Source of the DNA: Longimicrobiales bacterium
GTDB taxonomy: Bacteria; Gemmatimonadota; Gemmatimonadetes; Longimicrobiales; Gaopeijiaceae
NCBI GenBank assembly: GCA_965248195.1
Contig: CBDFIQ010000002.1
Coordinates: 167,539 to 231,538 of the forward strand
Direction: 5' to 3'
Length of the DNA stretch: 64,000 nt
The number at the start of each line of letters is the position of its first letter. Within the stretch, counting starts at the first letter, position 1. The notes under the pieces are model-generated. The model ran no database searches and was not told the DNA's origin. It was given only the letters and a program-made list of their open reading frames with translations. Positions 40,644 to 51,677 of this stretch are shown here, piece after piece. A program made the position numbers and the translations under genes.

Positions 40644-43466
40644 CTACAAGTTCAGCCAGTAATTCATCTTGATCAGGAAGATGTCGTCGGAGGGGAGCCC
40701 GAAAAGCTCCCGGGCGTCGTAGCCGAGGTCGAAGAGCCCGACGTCGAGGGCGCCCGTTTCGTCGAATTCGGATGCCCGGACCCTGACCGCCCGGCTCTGT
40801 TGCCAGACCAGGAAGAGCGTCGAGCCCGGGCTCCACTCCCAGCGCAGGACGGCGTTTCCGAGAAGGCTTCTGAAGTTGAAACTCCGGTCGCTGACCGTGA
40901 ACGGCGGGGCCGCGCCCGGGCCGTCGGGGTCGATCAGGTAGTCCCCGTCGGGCTGACGGACGCTGGTGCCGATTTCCTCACCGTACGTCGAGAATCTATA
41001 CGTGTCGGGCTCACGGAATTCTGCCAGGTCCCCATAGTCACCGCTGGAGATGAGCGGCTGTACGTATATCTGCAGGGTCAGCCTCGGTGAGAACGTGACG
41101 TTCATGCGGGTCTCCAGTGCGACCGTCGTTTGATCGAGGGGCGCGAAGACGTAGCGCTCTCCGAAGGTGCTCGTGGCCAGGGGATCGCTTGTCGAGGTGA
41201 CGTACTGCGCCTGCGTACGACTGCGCGTCAAGGAGGGACCCAGCCGTAGCTCCAGCTTCTCACCGGACCTGTAGGTGAAGTCGATCGATCCCCTGTGCTG
41301 CCAGGAACCCGCGGCGCCGCTCGACCCGTCGTATCGCGTCCGGACGCTCAACGCCTTGCGGGAATCCGAGTTGAGACTCGCTCTCCACGCGCCTGAAGCG
41401 GGCCTCCGGGCCATCGGCCCTCCCCTGGTGAGGCGATCGTCATGCGTCGCTGGCTGGTAATCCCCGCGCACGGATCCGCCCCAGTAATTGAGCCAACGCC
41501 AATTGGCCAGGAGATTGAAATTACTGAAGACCCGGTCGCCTGATGTGTTCCACTTGTTGTCGGGACCACCAGCCACGCTCCAGTTCCGGAAGTAGCTGCC
41601 GGGTCGAGGCTGGGTCCACTGAAAATGTGTATCCAGAATCAGCCGTTCGGTCTCGGTCTGGAACCCGAGGTCGTTCACCTCGTAGCCGGGGCTCAGATAG
41701 GCCGTGCCGATCCTACCCGTAAACGAGCCGGCCTGCTTGTTGAGCTCCCCCATGGCGTACAATCCACCCATCGATGTAGCGGACGGGTCGACACTCAGGT
41801 GGGTCGCGTCCGGCCGTTGCAGGTATCGGGCCGAAGACTCCTGGGCACTCAGGATCGCAGCGGCGTCTCCCTGGATGTAACTCGACGCAAACGCGCCGCT
41901 GACCTTCCAGCCTCGATTGGCCCACTCGTGTACGAGATCGACTCCCGTGACGTAGGCCGCCGAGCGAAGCTGCCTGACGAGCTCCGGGTCTTCGAGGTCG
42001 CGGTGCACGGCGGTGGCGATCATGCCGAGCTGCGTTTCCCCTGCGCGCGTATCCCTGCGAACTCTCCCAGCCAGGTAGTTCGTGGCGGGCTCCAAGACGC
42101 TCCGGCCGTCCACTTCAGCTGCGTCCACATAGGGAGCGTACTCCCGGCCCGTCACCGCGTCGAGAAAACCGACCGACCAACCGTCTCCCACCCTTCCGGT
42201 GATTTTCGCGGCGCCAAGGATGGTGGTGGACACGGGCGCATCGGAAAACACGGCTGCCGACGACACGCTGCCCTGAGGCCTACGACCCACTCGCCGCGAG
42301 TACAGGACCTGGGGTGGCGGTCCCGAGCTGCCCCTGGGACCGCCCCGGCCGTACGCGAAGATCTCGGCTCCCTCCACGAAGAACGGACGTCGCTCTTCGA
42401 AGCGCGTCTCGAAGGCGGTCAGGTTGATGACGGCCGGATCCACCTCGACCTGCCCGAAGTCCGGGTTCACCGCGCCGTCCAGGGTGAGGTTCGAGCCGAG
42501 GCGATACTTGAGATCCACGCCCATGCGGCCGAAGTAGTCGGAGCCCGACCGAAAGGGATTGTTGAACGACACCTCCGAGCTGGGTTCCTGAAAAATGTAC
42601 TCCGCGCTCATTCCGACGTAAGGAAGCACCTCCAGCTTCTGTCCCCCACCGATGCCGCGGAGCCCCGTGAGATGCCCGTACCGCGCGACACCACCCCGCT
42701 CCAGTTTGGGGGTAAAGGAAAAGACCGCCGTCTCCTCGATGCGCCGAATGTTCCGCTCCACCTGAATGCCCCAGAGCATCTCGTCTCCGGGGCTGAACCG
42801 AAGCTGACTGAAGGGGATGCGCATCTCGGTGAACCATCCCTCCTCCGTGATCACCGAGGCCACGTCCCATATTGGGTCCCAGGAGGAATCCCCGCGGCCA
42901 CCGCCGCCACCAAAACCAAAACTCCGTCCACTCGTCACCGTCGCGTCCCGCTTCAACCCCGACGGGTTGGTCGTGAAGCGATATGAAGTCTGATGGTCGT
43001 GGTAGCTGTCGATGGAAATCGTGAAGAGGTCCGAGTCGGAGACGCCGGCGTCCCGACGCGCCAAGCGGGTCATGATGGGGCCGGAGTCGTAGAACCGTCC
43101 TCCGATGTAGAGGGCGTCGTCGTCAAATAGAAAGCGAACGTCTGTAGGCTGGCTGACCGGTTCGCCTTCATTAGGGTCGATCTGTGTGAAGACCGTCATG
43201 GGCATCGCCGACGCCCAAGCGGCCTCATCGGGCATTCCGTCGATCTGGATGCTCGAGGAGGTCCGGACCGCACCGACCACGGGGGTTTCGGAGTGGGGGA
43301 GGATCGCGGTGCTCGAATCGGAAACGAGGCGATCAGCCTCCTGTGCGGAGATAGACGGAGCCCACAGCAGCAGGGTTCCCAGCACGGTGGCTGAGGAGCG
43401 GGCGAGAGCACGGTATACGGTCGGCGTCGTCACCCGGGAGGGTGGACCCGATCGGAGAATACGCAT
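40644..43466 (-). CDS. CBM9-like / DUF5916 family outer-membrane protein
   Basis: ORF 40644..43502, with ATG at 43466. The N-terminus reads IQIDGMPDEAAWASAMPMTVFTQIDPNEGEPVSQPTDVRFLFDDDALYIGGRFYD. It has a long beta-rich body and the C-terminus ends in IFLIKMNYWLNL. Confidence 0.75.
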   Translation of the reverse strand: MRILRSGPPSRVTTPTVYRALARSSATVLGTLLLWAPSISAQEADRLVSDSSTAILPHSETPVVGAVRTSSSIQIDGMPDEAAWASAMPMTVFTQIDPNEGEPVSQPTDVRFLFDDDALYIGGRFYDSGPIMTRLARRDAGVSDSDLFTISIDSYHDHQTSYRFTTNPSGLKRDATVTSGRSFGFGGGGGRGDSSWDPIWDVASVITEEGWFTEMRIPFSQLRFSPGDEMLWGIQVERNIRRIEETAVFSFTPKLERGGVARYGHLTGLRGIGGGQKLEVLPYVGMSAEYIFQEPSSEVSFNNPFRSGSDYFGRMGVDLKYRLGSNLTLDGAVNPDFGQVEVDPAVINLTAFETRFEERRPFFVEGAEIFAYGRGGPRGSSGPPPQVLYSRRVGRRPQGSVSSAAVFSDAPVSTTILGAAKITGRVGDGWSVGFLDAVTGREYAPYVDAAEVDGRSVLEPATNYLAGRVRRDTRAGETQLGMIATAVHRDLEDPELVRQLRSAAYVTGVDLVHEWANRGWKVSGAFASSYIQGDAAAILSAQESSARYLQRPDATHLSVDPSATSMGGLYAMGELNKQAGSFTGRIGTAYLSPGYEVNDLGFQTETERLILDTHFQWTQPRPGSYFRNWSVAGGPDNKWNTSGDRVFSNFNLLANWRWLNYWGGSVRGDYQPATHDDRLTRGGPMARRPASGAWRASLNSDSRKALSVRTRYDGSSGAAGSWQHRGSIDFTYRSGEKLELRLGPSLTRSRTQAQYVTSTSDPLATSTFGERYVFAPLDQTTVALETRMNVTFSPRLTLQIYVQPLISSGDYGDLAEFREPDTYRFSTYGEEIGTSVRQPDGDYLIDPDGPGAAPPFTVSDRSFNFRSLLGNAVLRWEWSPGSTLFLVWQQSRAVRVRASEFDETGALDVGLFDLGYDARELFGLPSDDIFLIKMNYWLNL

Positions 43467-43531
43467 CGTCAAAATTTCAGCACGATGGCTACCGGTTTGC
43501 AAGAATTTTCAGGGAATCCACGACACCCACA

Positions 43532-44491
43532 CTACCCGGGGAATAACCCGGTCACGGCGGGAAGCGAATCGTTCTTGCTCCACTCGTTCCAGGAGCCGTC
43601 GTAGAGCCGCACGTCATACCCGAGATGTTTGGCGATGAGATACGTATAACTGGAACGCATTCCTACGTAGCAGTAGTTCACCACGATCGCCCCGTAATCT
43701 GCCCCGGCTCCCAGGAACTGGAGCTGGATATCCGTGAAATCACGCAAGACCGGGTTCGCCGACGACACGAGAAGGTCTTCCCAGTAGAGATTGCGAGCGC
43801 CGGGGATGTGACCCGCCCGTCCTCCAATCCGAGTCGGGATACGTCCGGTGTATTCACCCTCGGGCCGTGAGTCGATGAGTGCGATGCCGGGGCCGTAGAG
43901 CCGCTCTTCGATCCATTCGGCCGAGACGAGCACATCGTCTCGGACCCTCGGTATGAACAGCCCTCGAGGGCCCTGCGTCGGGCTGGCTTCGACCGCATGG
44001 TCGGCCGCCTTCCATGCGTCCAGACCGCCGTCCAACACCACCGTGCGGGCACCATGCCCGAGATAGTCGAGCGTGACATATGCCCGTGCAGGGAGGTGGG
44101 CGGGAGAGCCGTAGAGTACGACCAGCGCTTCGTCCGAGACCCCGGCCACCTCCAAGCGCTCGATCAGTTCATCGATCGGGGGCACCTCCACGATCAGGCT
44201 GTCCCTAACTTGGACGATCTCCTGATAATTCAGGAACCGGGCGCCCGGAATGAACTCACCGGAGGAACGCGCCGTCGCCATACCGACATGAAGCAGAACC
44301 ATCGAAGAATCCTGGAGGTGCTCGGCGAGCCAATCTACGGAGACGAGGACCCCGGGTGCGTCCTGGGCTGGGGTGGTTGGCTGCAGTGAGATCGACCCCC
44401 GGGCCGGCCGGGCTGCCAGGATCAGACAGGCCGTCAGGGCCAGGGTCATCCAAGGCGGGGGGCGGTGCGTCCATCGCGGCCCGAGCGTCAT
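43532..44491 (-). CDS. Tandem-rhodanese sulfurtransferase (thiosulfate/3-mercaptopyruvate type), secreted
   Basis: ORF 43532..44491. It has a signal-like N-terminus and the active-site loop NYCYVGMRSS, and ends YDGSWNEWS. Confidence 0.8.
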   Translation of the reverse strand: MTLGPRWTHRPPPWMTLALTACLILAARPARGSISLQPTTPAQDAPGVLVSVDWLAEHLQDSSMVLLHVGMATARSSGEFIPGARFLNYQEIVQVRDSLIVEVPPIDELIERLEVAGVSDEALVVLYGSPAHLPARAYVTLDYLGHGARTVVLDGGLDAWKAADHAVEASPTQGPRGLFIPRVRDDVLVSAEWIEERLYGPGIALIDSRPEGEYTGRIPTRIGGRAGHIPGARNLYWEDLLVSSANPVLRDFTDIQLQFLGAGADYGAIVVNYCYVGMRSSYTYLIAKHLGYDVRLYDGSWNEWSKNDSLPAVTGLFPG

Positions 44492-44618
44492 CTTCCGTGC
44501 TTCATCCTGAATTCTGCTCTTCCTTTGCTTACGCGTGCCGGCTACATGTGCCCGCCGGAGCTACGATGTGCCTGGCCCGGCCATGATGTCCCCGAATGAC
44601 CAAACAGAACTATCATAG

Positions 44619-45806
<1,188 letters not shown>

Positions 45807-45857
45807 TGCAACAGAGATCGGAGACCGGTTTTGGCTGAAGCCCTACTGGCAGTTGTA

Positions 45858-46181
45858 ATGGCCCCCCGACAGGGGGCGAATGGCACGTTCGTGTTCTTCC
45901 TGAACATGACCGCCGTGGTCCTCATCTTCTACTTCTTGCTCATTCGCCCGCAGCGAAAGGAGCAAGAACGACAGAAACAGATGATCGCGGCTATCACAAA
46001 GGGTGATGAGATCGTGACCACGGGCGGGATCATCGGCACCGTGATCCGAGCCGAGGAAGACCGCCTGATCATCAAGACTGGTGGCGAGACCAAGATCACC
46101 GTCGAGCGGACCCGGGTCGCCCACAAGGTCTCGGCGGACGGAAAGGGAGCATCAGCCCGGTCGGGTGCGGCGGCGAAGTAG
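45858..46181 (+). CDS. yajC: Preprotein translocase subunit YajC
   Basis: ORF 45831..46181. It contains FYFLLIRPQRKEQERQKQMIAAITKGDEIVTTGGIIGTV. I prefer the start at ATG 45858. Confidence 0.9.
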   Translation: MAPRQGANGTFVFFLNMTAVVLIFYFLLIRPQRKEQERQKQMIAAITKGDEIVTTGGIIGTVIRAEEDRLIIKTGGETKITVERTRVAHKVSADGKGASARSGAAAK

Positions 46182-46183
46182 CA

Positions 46184-46705
46184 ATGGCGGTTCGTAGGAT
46201 CTTGCTGCTCGGCGAAAAGGTTCTTCGCGTGCCGGGTGTGGAGGTGGTTGAGTTCGACGACGAGTTGCGCGCACTGGTCGCGGACATGCTCGAGACCATG
46301 TACTACGCTGAGGGAATCGGCCTGGCGGCTCCACAGATCGGCGTCTCGCTCCGGGTGTGCGTGCTCGACCTCCATGACGAAGACGACCCCGACGGCGGGC
46401 GTTGGGTCTTCGTCAATCCGGTCATCGTCGAGTCCAGCGACGAAGAGGAAAAGGCGGCCGAGGGTTGCCTGAGCATCCCCGAGATGGAGGATGTCGTCAC
46501 GAGGCCGGCGCGTGTCACGGTCCGCGGCTTCGACGCCGAGGGGGAGGCCATCGAGGTCGAGGCGGAAGGGTTGTTGGCCCGAGCGCTCCAGCACGAGATC
46601 GACCACCTTGACGGGGTTCTGTTCATCGACCGGCTGAGCGCGTTCAAACGGCGCGCGCTGCTCAAGAAGTGGAAGAAAAGCCAACAGGAGGGGGCGAAGA
46701 GGTGA
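46184..46705 (+). CDS. def: Peptide deformylase
   Basis: ORF 46184..46705. It contains GIGLAAPQIG, EGCLSIP and HEIDHLDG motifs. Confidence 0.95.
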   Translation: MAVRRILLLGEKVLRVPGVEVVEFDDELRALVADMLETMYYAEGIGLAAPQIGVSLRVCVLDLHDEDDPDGGRWVFVNPVIVESSDEEEKAAEGCLSIPEMEDVVTRPARVTVRGFDAEGEAIEVEAEGLLARALQHEIDHLDGVLFIDRLSAFKRRALLKKWKKSQQEGAKR

Positions 46706-47637
46706 GGATCCTCTTCTGGGGAACGCCGGCCTTTGCGGTCCCTTCTCTTCGCGCGCTCGACGAGGAGGGCCACGAGATCGTGGGCGTCGTGACCCAGCCG
46801 GACCGGCCCGCTGGGAGGGGCAGGGAGCTTCGAGCGGCGGCGGTCAAGGAGGAGGCTCTCGACCAAAGCTTCAGAATCCTCGAGCCCGAGTCCGCACGCT
46901 CTGATGACTTTGTCGAGGAGATCGCAACCCTCGGGGCGGAGCTGTCGGTCGTCGTCGCGTACGGACAGATCCTGTCTCTCGAAGTCTTGAGCATCCCCCC
47001 CAAGGGTTCGGTGAATCTGCACGCCTCGCTTCTCCCTGCGCTGCGTGGGGCGGCACCCATCAATTGGTCCATCGTCGGGGGCGACACGGTGACGGGTGTC
47101 ACGGTCATGCGGATGGTCGAGCAGATGGATGCGGGACCGATCCTCTTCCAGGCGGAGGAGCCGATCGCACGGGAAGAGACGGCCAGCGACCTCAGGATAC
47201 GGCTTTCTGAGATTGGCGCCGAGGCCCTGGTGGAGGCGCTCGTGCTCTTGGAGGCGGGCTTGATCGAGGAGCGGGAACAGGACGAATCGCGGGCTACCTA
47301 CGCGCCCAAGGTCGATCGCGCCACGGCCCGGATCGAGTGGTCCCGCCCATCGGTCGTCGTGGAGAACTTCATTCGAGGTATGGATGCCGTACCGGGTGCG
47401 TGGTCGGAGCTCGAGGGCCAACCGGTCAAGCTCTTCCGGCCAGTGGCCGGCGCGGAGATCATCCCCGAGGGTCGACCGGGAACCATCGTGGAGGCCGACC
47501 GCGACACGGGGCTGCTGGTGGCGACGGCCGAGGGAGCCGTGTGCATACGCGAGGTCCAACCACAGGGGAAGCGACGGATGGACGCGGGCGCGTGGATTCT
47601 GGGGCGCGGCGCCACTACCGGACAACGCTTCGAGTGA
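46702..47637 (+). CDS. fmt: Methionyl-tRNA formyltransferase
   Basis: ORF 46669..47637. The GTG at 46702 overlaps the def stop (GTGA). It contains RILFWGTPAFAVPSL, VVTQPDRPAGRG and NLHASLLPALRGAAPI. Confidence 0.95.
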   Translation: MRILFWGTPAFAVPSLRALDEEGHEIVGVVTQPDRPAGRGRELRAAAVKEEALDQSFRILEPESARSDDFVEEIATLGAELSVVVAYGQILSLEVLSIPPKGSVNLHASLLPALRGAAPINWSIVGGDTVTGVTVMRMVEQMDAGPILFQAEEPIAREETASDLRIRLSEIGAEALVEALVLLEAGLIEEREQDESRATYAPKVDRATARIEWSRPSVVVENFIRGMDAVPGAWSELEGQPVKLFRPVAGAEIIPEGRPGTIVEADRDTGLLVATAEGAVCIREVQPQGKRRMDAGAWILGRGATTGQRFE

Positions 47638-48338
47638 TCCCGCGGTTACACGTCGTCACCGACGACGAGATCCTGGCCCGGCCCGATTTCGAGACCCGCG
47701 CTCGCGAGCTGTGCGAAAATCTTGGGATACGCGAGTCGGCCGATGGGAGTGTAGTGGGTGGCTCGTTGGCGTTCCATATCCGGGGGGCCCGCACGACGGG
47801 GCGGAGGCTCACTCGATTGGCGCGGACTCTGTGTGAGCCCGCGGCCGCGTCGGGGATCACGCTTCTAGTGAACGATCGCCTGGACATTGCCCTGGCTGTC
47901 GGAGCGGCGGGGGTCCACCTCGGCACCCGCTCGATGCCGCCCTCCGAGGCACGACGATTGTTGGGAGGGGGTCGACTCTTGGGTGTGTCGGTGCACAGCG
48001 CCGGCGCGGCGGTGGAGGCGGCCGAGTCGGGAGCGGACTATCTGTTCGTGGGCAGGCTCTTCGAGACGCTCTCGCACCCTGGAGCGGCCCCGAGGGGACT
48101 TGAATTCATGCGCTTAGTGGCGTCGCGAGCCGCCCTGCCTCTGGTTGGAATCGGCGGGGTGACCCCGGAGCGGGCGGCCGAGGTCCTCGCCTCCGGCGGA
48201 CACGGGGTGGCAGCCATAAGAGGCATCTGGGACGCCCCCTCTCCGCCGGACGCCGTCCAGGCTTATCTTGATGCCGTGAAGGCCGGCGATCCGGGAGAAA
48301 CGGACGATCCGGGAAAACGAGCGCACCGGGAGGCATAA
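47634..48338 (+). CDS. thiE: Thiamine-phosphate synthase
   Basis: ORF 47337..48338. The GTG at 47634 overlaps the fmt stop (GTGA). It contains LHVVTDD, LLVNDRLDIALAVGAAGVHLG and LVGIGGVT. Confidence 0.85.
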   Translation: MIPRLHVVTDDEILARPDFETRARELCENLGIRESADGSVVGGSLAFHIRGARTTGRRLTRLARTLCEPAAASGITLLVNDRLDIALAVGAAGVHLGTRSMPPSEARRLLGGGRLLGVSVHSAGAAVEAAESGADYLFVGRLFETLSHPGAAPRGLEFMRLVASRAALPLVGIGGVTPERAAEVLASGGHGVAAIRGIWDAPSPPDAVQAYLDAVKAGDPGETDDPGKRAHREA

Positions 48339-48348
48339 TCGGATTGCC

Positions 48349-48567
48349 ATGAGTGAGCGAGGCAGTATTCAGGTACACGTGAATGGGACGGAGCGGGAAG
48401 TCCAGTCTGGGCTCTCGGTCCATGAACTCGTGGAATCCTTCGACCTCGACCCCATGCTCATAGTGGTCGAGCTCAATCGGGAGATTCTCACCCGCGACCA
48501 GTTCAAGGAGATCCGGGTCTCGGATGGGGACGCGGTTGAATTGGTCCACTTCGTCGGAGGAGGCTGA
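48349..48567 (+). CDS. thiS: Sulfur carrier protein ThiS
   Basis: ORF 48349..48567 (72 aa) with a ubiquitin-like fold signature. It ends in VGGG. Confidence 0.9.
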   Translation: MSERGSIQVHVNGTEREVQSGLSVHELVESFDLDPMLIVVELNREILTRDQFKEIRVSDGDAVELVHFVGGG

Positions 48568-48568
48568 A

Positions 48569-49387
48569 ATGGGAAGTAGCGAAGTCGCTGTCGGAGGCGC
48601 CGTCGAAGGGGCGCTGACTGAGCCTCTGCGCATCGCCGATCAGGAGTTCGATTCCCGCCTCTTCGTCGGCACGGGGAAGTATCCCGATAACGAGACGATG
48701 GTCGAGGCTATCCGGGCTTCTGGCACGGCGATGGTCACGGTGGCGGTGCGTAGGGTCGACTTGGACCGTACCCAGAGCGAGGGTATCCTCTTCCACCTCG
48801 ACCCCGAGGAGTTCTTTCTGCTTCCCAACACAGCCGGGTGTTACACGGCCGAGGACGCAATCCGATACGCCCGGCTCGCCCGCGCTGCAGGCTTCAACGA
48901 GTGGCTCAAGCTCGAGGTCATCGGCGACGAGACCACGCTCGTACCAGACACACAGGCCACCCTTGAAGCCGCGGAGACGCTGGTGGCGGAGGGCTTCAAC
49001 GTGATGGCCTATACGAACGATGATCTCGTGACCGCCCTCCGTCTGGAGGACGCAGGCTGTGTAGCCGTCATGCCCCTCGCGAGTCCGATCGGCAGTGGGC
49101 TCGGGATCGTGAACCCCTACTTCATCCGCGAGATCAAGCGGCGGTGCGACGTGCCGATCATAGTGGACGCGGGGGTCGGGACCGCCTCCGATGCGTGTGT
49201 CGCGATGGAACAGGGTGTGGACGGAGTGCTCATGAATACCGCCATCGCCACCGCTACCGATCCGGTGGCGATGGCTCACGCGATGCGGCTTGCGACCCAG
49301 TCCGGACGGCTCGCGTACTTGGCCGGCCGCATGGAGGCCCGAGAGATCGGGATTCCATCGTCGCCCATGCGAGGGATGTTGGACTGA
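48569..49387 (+). CDS. thiG: Thiazole synthase
   Basis: ORF 48524..49387, with ATG at 48569. It contains SRLFVGTGKY, LLPNTAGC, LKLEVIGD and PIIVDAGVGTASDA. Confidence 0.95.
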   Translation: MGSSEVAVGGAVEGALTEPLRIADQEFDSRLFVGTGKYPDNETMVEAIRASGTAMVTVAVRRVDLDRTQSEGILFHLDPEEFFLLPNTAGCYTAEDAIRYARLARAAGFNEWLKLEVIGDETTLVPDTQATLEAAETLVAEGFNVMAYTNDDLVTALRLEDAGCVAVMPLASPIGSGLGIVNPYFIREIKRRCDVPIIVDAGVGTASDACVAMEQGVDGVLMNTAIATATDPVAMAHAMRLATQSGRLAYLAGRMEAREIGIPSSPMRGMLD

Positions 49388-50709
49388 GCGCCGCGTCCGC
49401 CACGGGGGGGCGACTCGCCGCTTCGGATGTTCTCGCGGCGGTGGCCCGCGGGCGGAGGCTCGACCGGGCCTTTGCGGCCGCTACTCGTTCACTCGACGCC
49501 CGTGATCGTGCGTGGTGCCGAGAGTTGGTGTTCGGCATTCAGCGACTCCGGGGTCGGCTCGATTACCTGCTCGATCGGAGGGTGAAGCGGGGTCTCGAAA
49601 GCGTAAAGCCCGGCGTGCGGGACTCACTTCGGATCGGCCTTTACGAGATGCTTTATATGGGCGGCGTGCCCGAGTACGCTAGTGTGTCCCAGGCGGTCGA
49701 TCTCGCCCAGTCCAAGGGCGGCCGGGGTGTCGCCGGATTCGCGAACGCTGTACTTCGAGGCATTGCGCGGGATGGCGGTGGCCCGGAGAACTTTCCCGAC
49801 CCCGAAACCCATCCGGTGGAGTTCTTGTCCTCGTGGGGTTCGCATCCCAGGTGGCTGGTGGAGCGGTGGCTCACACGTTGGTCCTTCGTAGATGTGCGGA
49901 AGCTGGTCGAAGCGAACAACAGCGTCCCTCCCATATCCCTTCGGTGCCTCTGGGACCGCCCGGAGGAGGCTGTGGAGGCGCTGGAAGCCGAGCAGATTAC
50001 TGCCGCCGTTGTCGGTTCTGGCACGGGATGTGTAATGATTCATGGGCATGCGTCACTGGAAGAGGCGATGAGGGTGGTTCCAGCCGTGGTACAGGACCCC
50101 GCGGCCGCCTTGGTGGTCTCGTATTCCGATCCTGACGCCGATGCCCGCATCGCGGACCTTTGTGCGGCGCCGGGCGGCAAGACGTTGGCGCTCGCGGCGC
50201 GAGGCAATCTGGTCTTGGCGGCGGATCGGTCGATCGAGCGCCTGCGCCTCGTTCGGGAGAACGTAAACAGGGTGAGAGAACAGGGTGAACGCCGGATTCG
50301 GGTAAGTACGGTGCAGGCGGATGCGCTCACACCACCGGTCAGCCGGCCCGACATGCTGTTGTTGGACGTTCCCTGCACAGGTACGGGGACACTGAGGCGG
50401 AACCCGGATATACGCTGGAGGCTCACGCCGGATCGGCTGGATGAGATGGTGGCCTTTCAAGGCCGTCTTCTGGACGTGTGCGCCGACGTAGTACCGAAGG
50501 GAGGTGTGTTGGTGTACGCAACGTGCAGCCTCGAGCCCGAAGAAAACGAGGAACAGATCGAGGCCTTCACGGCCCGACGGCCGGAGTTCCATATGGATCA
50601 CGGCGAAGGGGTGAACGGAGAGTTCTTGGACGATCGGGGTTATCTCTATGTCCTGCCGCAGGCATTCGGCTTCGACGGAGCGTTCGCAGCCCGTCTGAGG
50701 AGGGTGTAA
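49384..50709 (+). CDS. rsmB: 16S rRNA (cytosine967-C5)-methyltransferase RsmB/Sun; start codon unresolved
   Basis: ORF 49144..50709. It has a NusB-like N-domain (DRAWCRELVFGIQRLRGRLD), a SAM site (DLCAAPGGKT) and catalytic motifs (DVPCTGTG and YATCSL). There is no ATG/GTG/TTG between 49384 (CTG, in a CTGA junction with the thiG stop) and GTG at 49441. Confidence 0.85.
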   Translation: MSAASATGGRLAASDVLAAVARGRRLDRAFAAATRSLDARDRAWCRELVFGIQRLRGRLDYLLDRRVKRGLESVKPGVRDSLRIGLYEMLYMGGVPEYASVSQAVDLAQSKGGRGVAGFANAVLRGIARDGGGPENFPDPETHPVEFLSSWGSHPRWLVERWLTRWSFVDVRKLVEANNSVPPISLRCLWDRPEEAVEALEAEQITAAVVGSGTGCVMIHGHASLEEAMRVVPAVVQDPAAALVVSYSDPDADARIADLCAAPGGKTLALAARGNLVLAADRSIERLRLVRENVNRVREQGERRIRVSTVQADALTPPVSRPDMLLLDVPCTGTGTLRRNPDIRWRLTPDRLDEMVAFQGRLLDVCADVVPKGGVLVYATCSLEPEENEEQIEAFTARRPEFHMDHGEGVNGEFLDDRGYLYVLPQAFGFDGAFAARLRRV

Positions 50710-50771
50710 CAGTGTGGTTCCGACGGACGTGAGCGAGGAGCGCACGTGGAGACGAGGCGAGAGACGTTGAC

Positions 50772-51611
50772 ATGAGACTGGGAAGCTCGATTCGGCGGCG
50801 CCGATTCCGCAGTGACGGGCGCTTCGAGTGGCCGAAGGCGTGGCGGCCGTTGAGTCTCGGCTCGCTCAACCCTTCCAGAGATGCCGTTGTCGTGGCGGGG
50901 GGGGTTCTGGTCTTCGGCTTGGTCTTCGGCTACCTGGTGACCACTCGTCTACTCTTTCCGATGCCGGCGCGGCCACAAGATCTCTTCGAGGTGCCCGATG
51001 TCCGGGGACTCGACCGTGCGGCGGCTCTGGACATGATGGAGAGGGCCGGAATTCCCGCCGTCGTGACGGATTCGTTTCGGCATCCCACAGCGTTGAGGGA
51101 TGAAGTTTTGGGTCAGGCGCCCCTCGCCGGGCAACTTTCTACGGCGACGAACACAGTCGCCTTGACCGTGAGCTTGGGCCCGGTGCGGAGGCCAGTGCCG
51201 GATGTGGTCCGGCTCGGCCTGAACTCAGCCAGGACGGTTCTCGAAGCGAGCGGCTTCACAGTCGTCGTGGACACGCTGTTAGCTGAGCTACCGGCAGGCC
51301 AGGTGGTGGAGATAATCCCTGAGGCTGGTACCGACGTGGATCTTCCTATGGAGGTCATAGTTCTTGTGAGCATCGGGCCTCCGTTGGTCCCTATGCCGCT
51401 CCTTCTCGGGATCGAACAGGCGAATGCCGAAGTCCTGCTCGATTCCCTCCAGTTCGAGCTAGCCGAAATCGAGTATCGGTTCCGGTTCGGGCGGGATCAG
51501 GGGCGGGTCGTTGAGCAGTTTCCGCCGGCGGACAGCCTCGTGGCCCCCGGGAGTCGGGTGAGCTTGGTCGTCGGGAGGCGATCCTCGGCCCGGCGCGGCG
51601 GCAGAAACTAG
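50772..51611 (+). CDS. Membrane-anchored PASTA-domain protein (no kinase or transpeptidase domain)
   Basis: ORF 50772..51611. It has one TM segment followed by three PASTA-like repeats (VPDVRGL..., VPDVVRLGLNSARTVLEASGF..., VPMPLLLGIEQANA...). Confidence 0.7.
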   Translation: MRLGSSIRRRRFRSDGRFEWPKAWRPLSLGSLNPSRDAVVVAGGVLVFGLVFGYLVTTRLLFPMPARPQDLFEVPDVRGLDRAAALDMMERAGIPAVVTDSFRHPTALRDEVLGQAPLAGQLSTATNTVALTVSLGPVRRPVPDVVRLGLNSARTVLEASGFTVVVDTLLAELPAGQVVEIIPEAGTDVDLPMEVIVLVSIGPPLVPMPLLLGIEQANAEVLLDSLQFELAEIEYRFRFGRDQGRVVEQFPPADSLVAPGSRVSLVVGRRSSARRGGRN

Positions 51612-51677
51612 CTCATATCCGGATACATAAGTTAAATTAGAGTCCGATCCTCTAGTTCTACACAGGCTTTTTGGCAC

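Noticed and set aside
44541-44592. Three imperfect direct repeats (gctacatgtgcc / gctacgatgtgcc / ccatgatgtccc) between the divergent rhodanese and tgt genes.
   Set aside because: The copies are degenerate and irregularly spaced. That is not enough to call a regulatory site.
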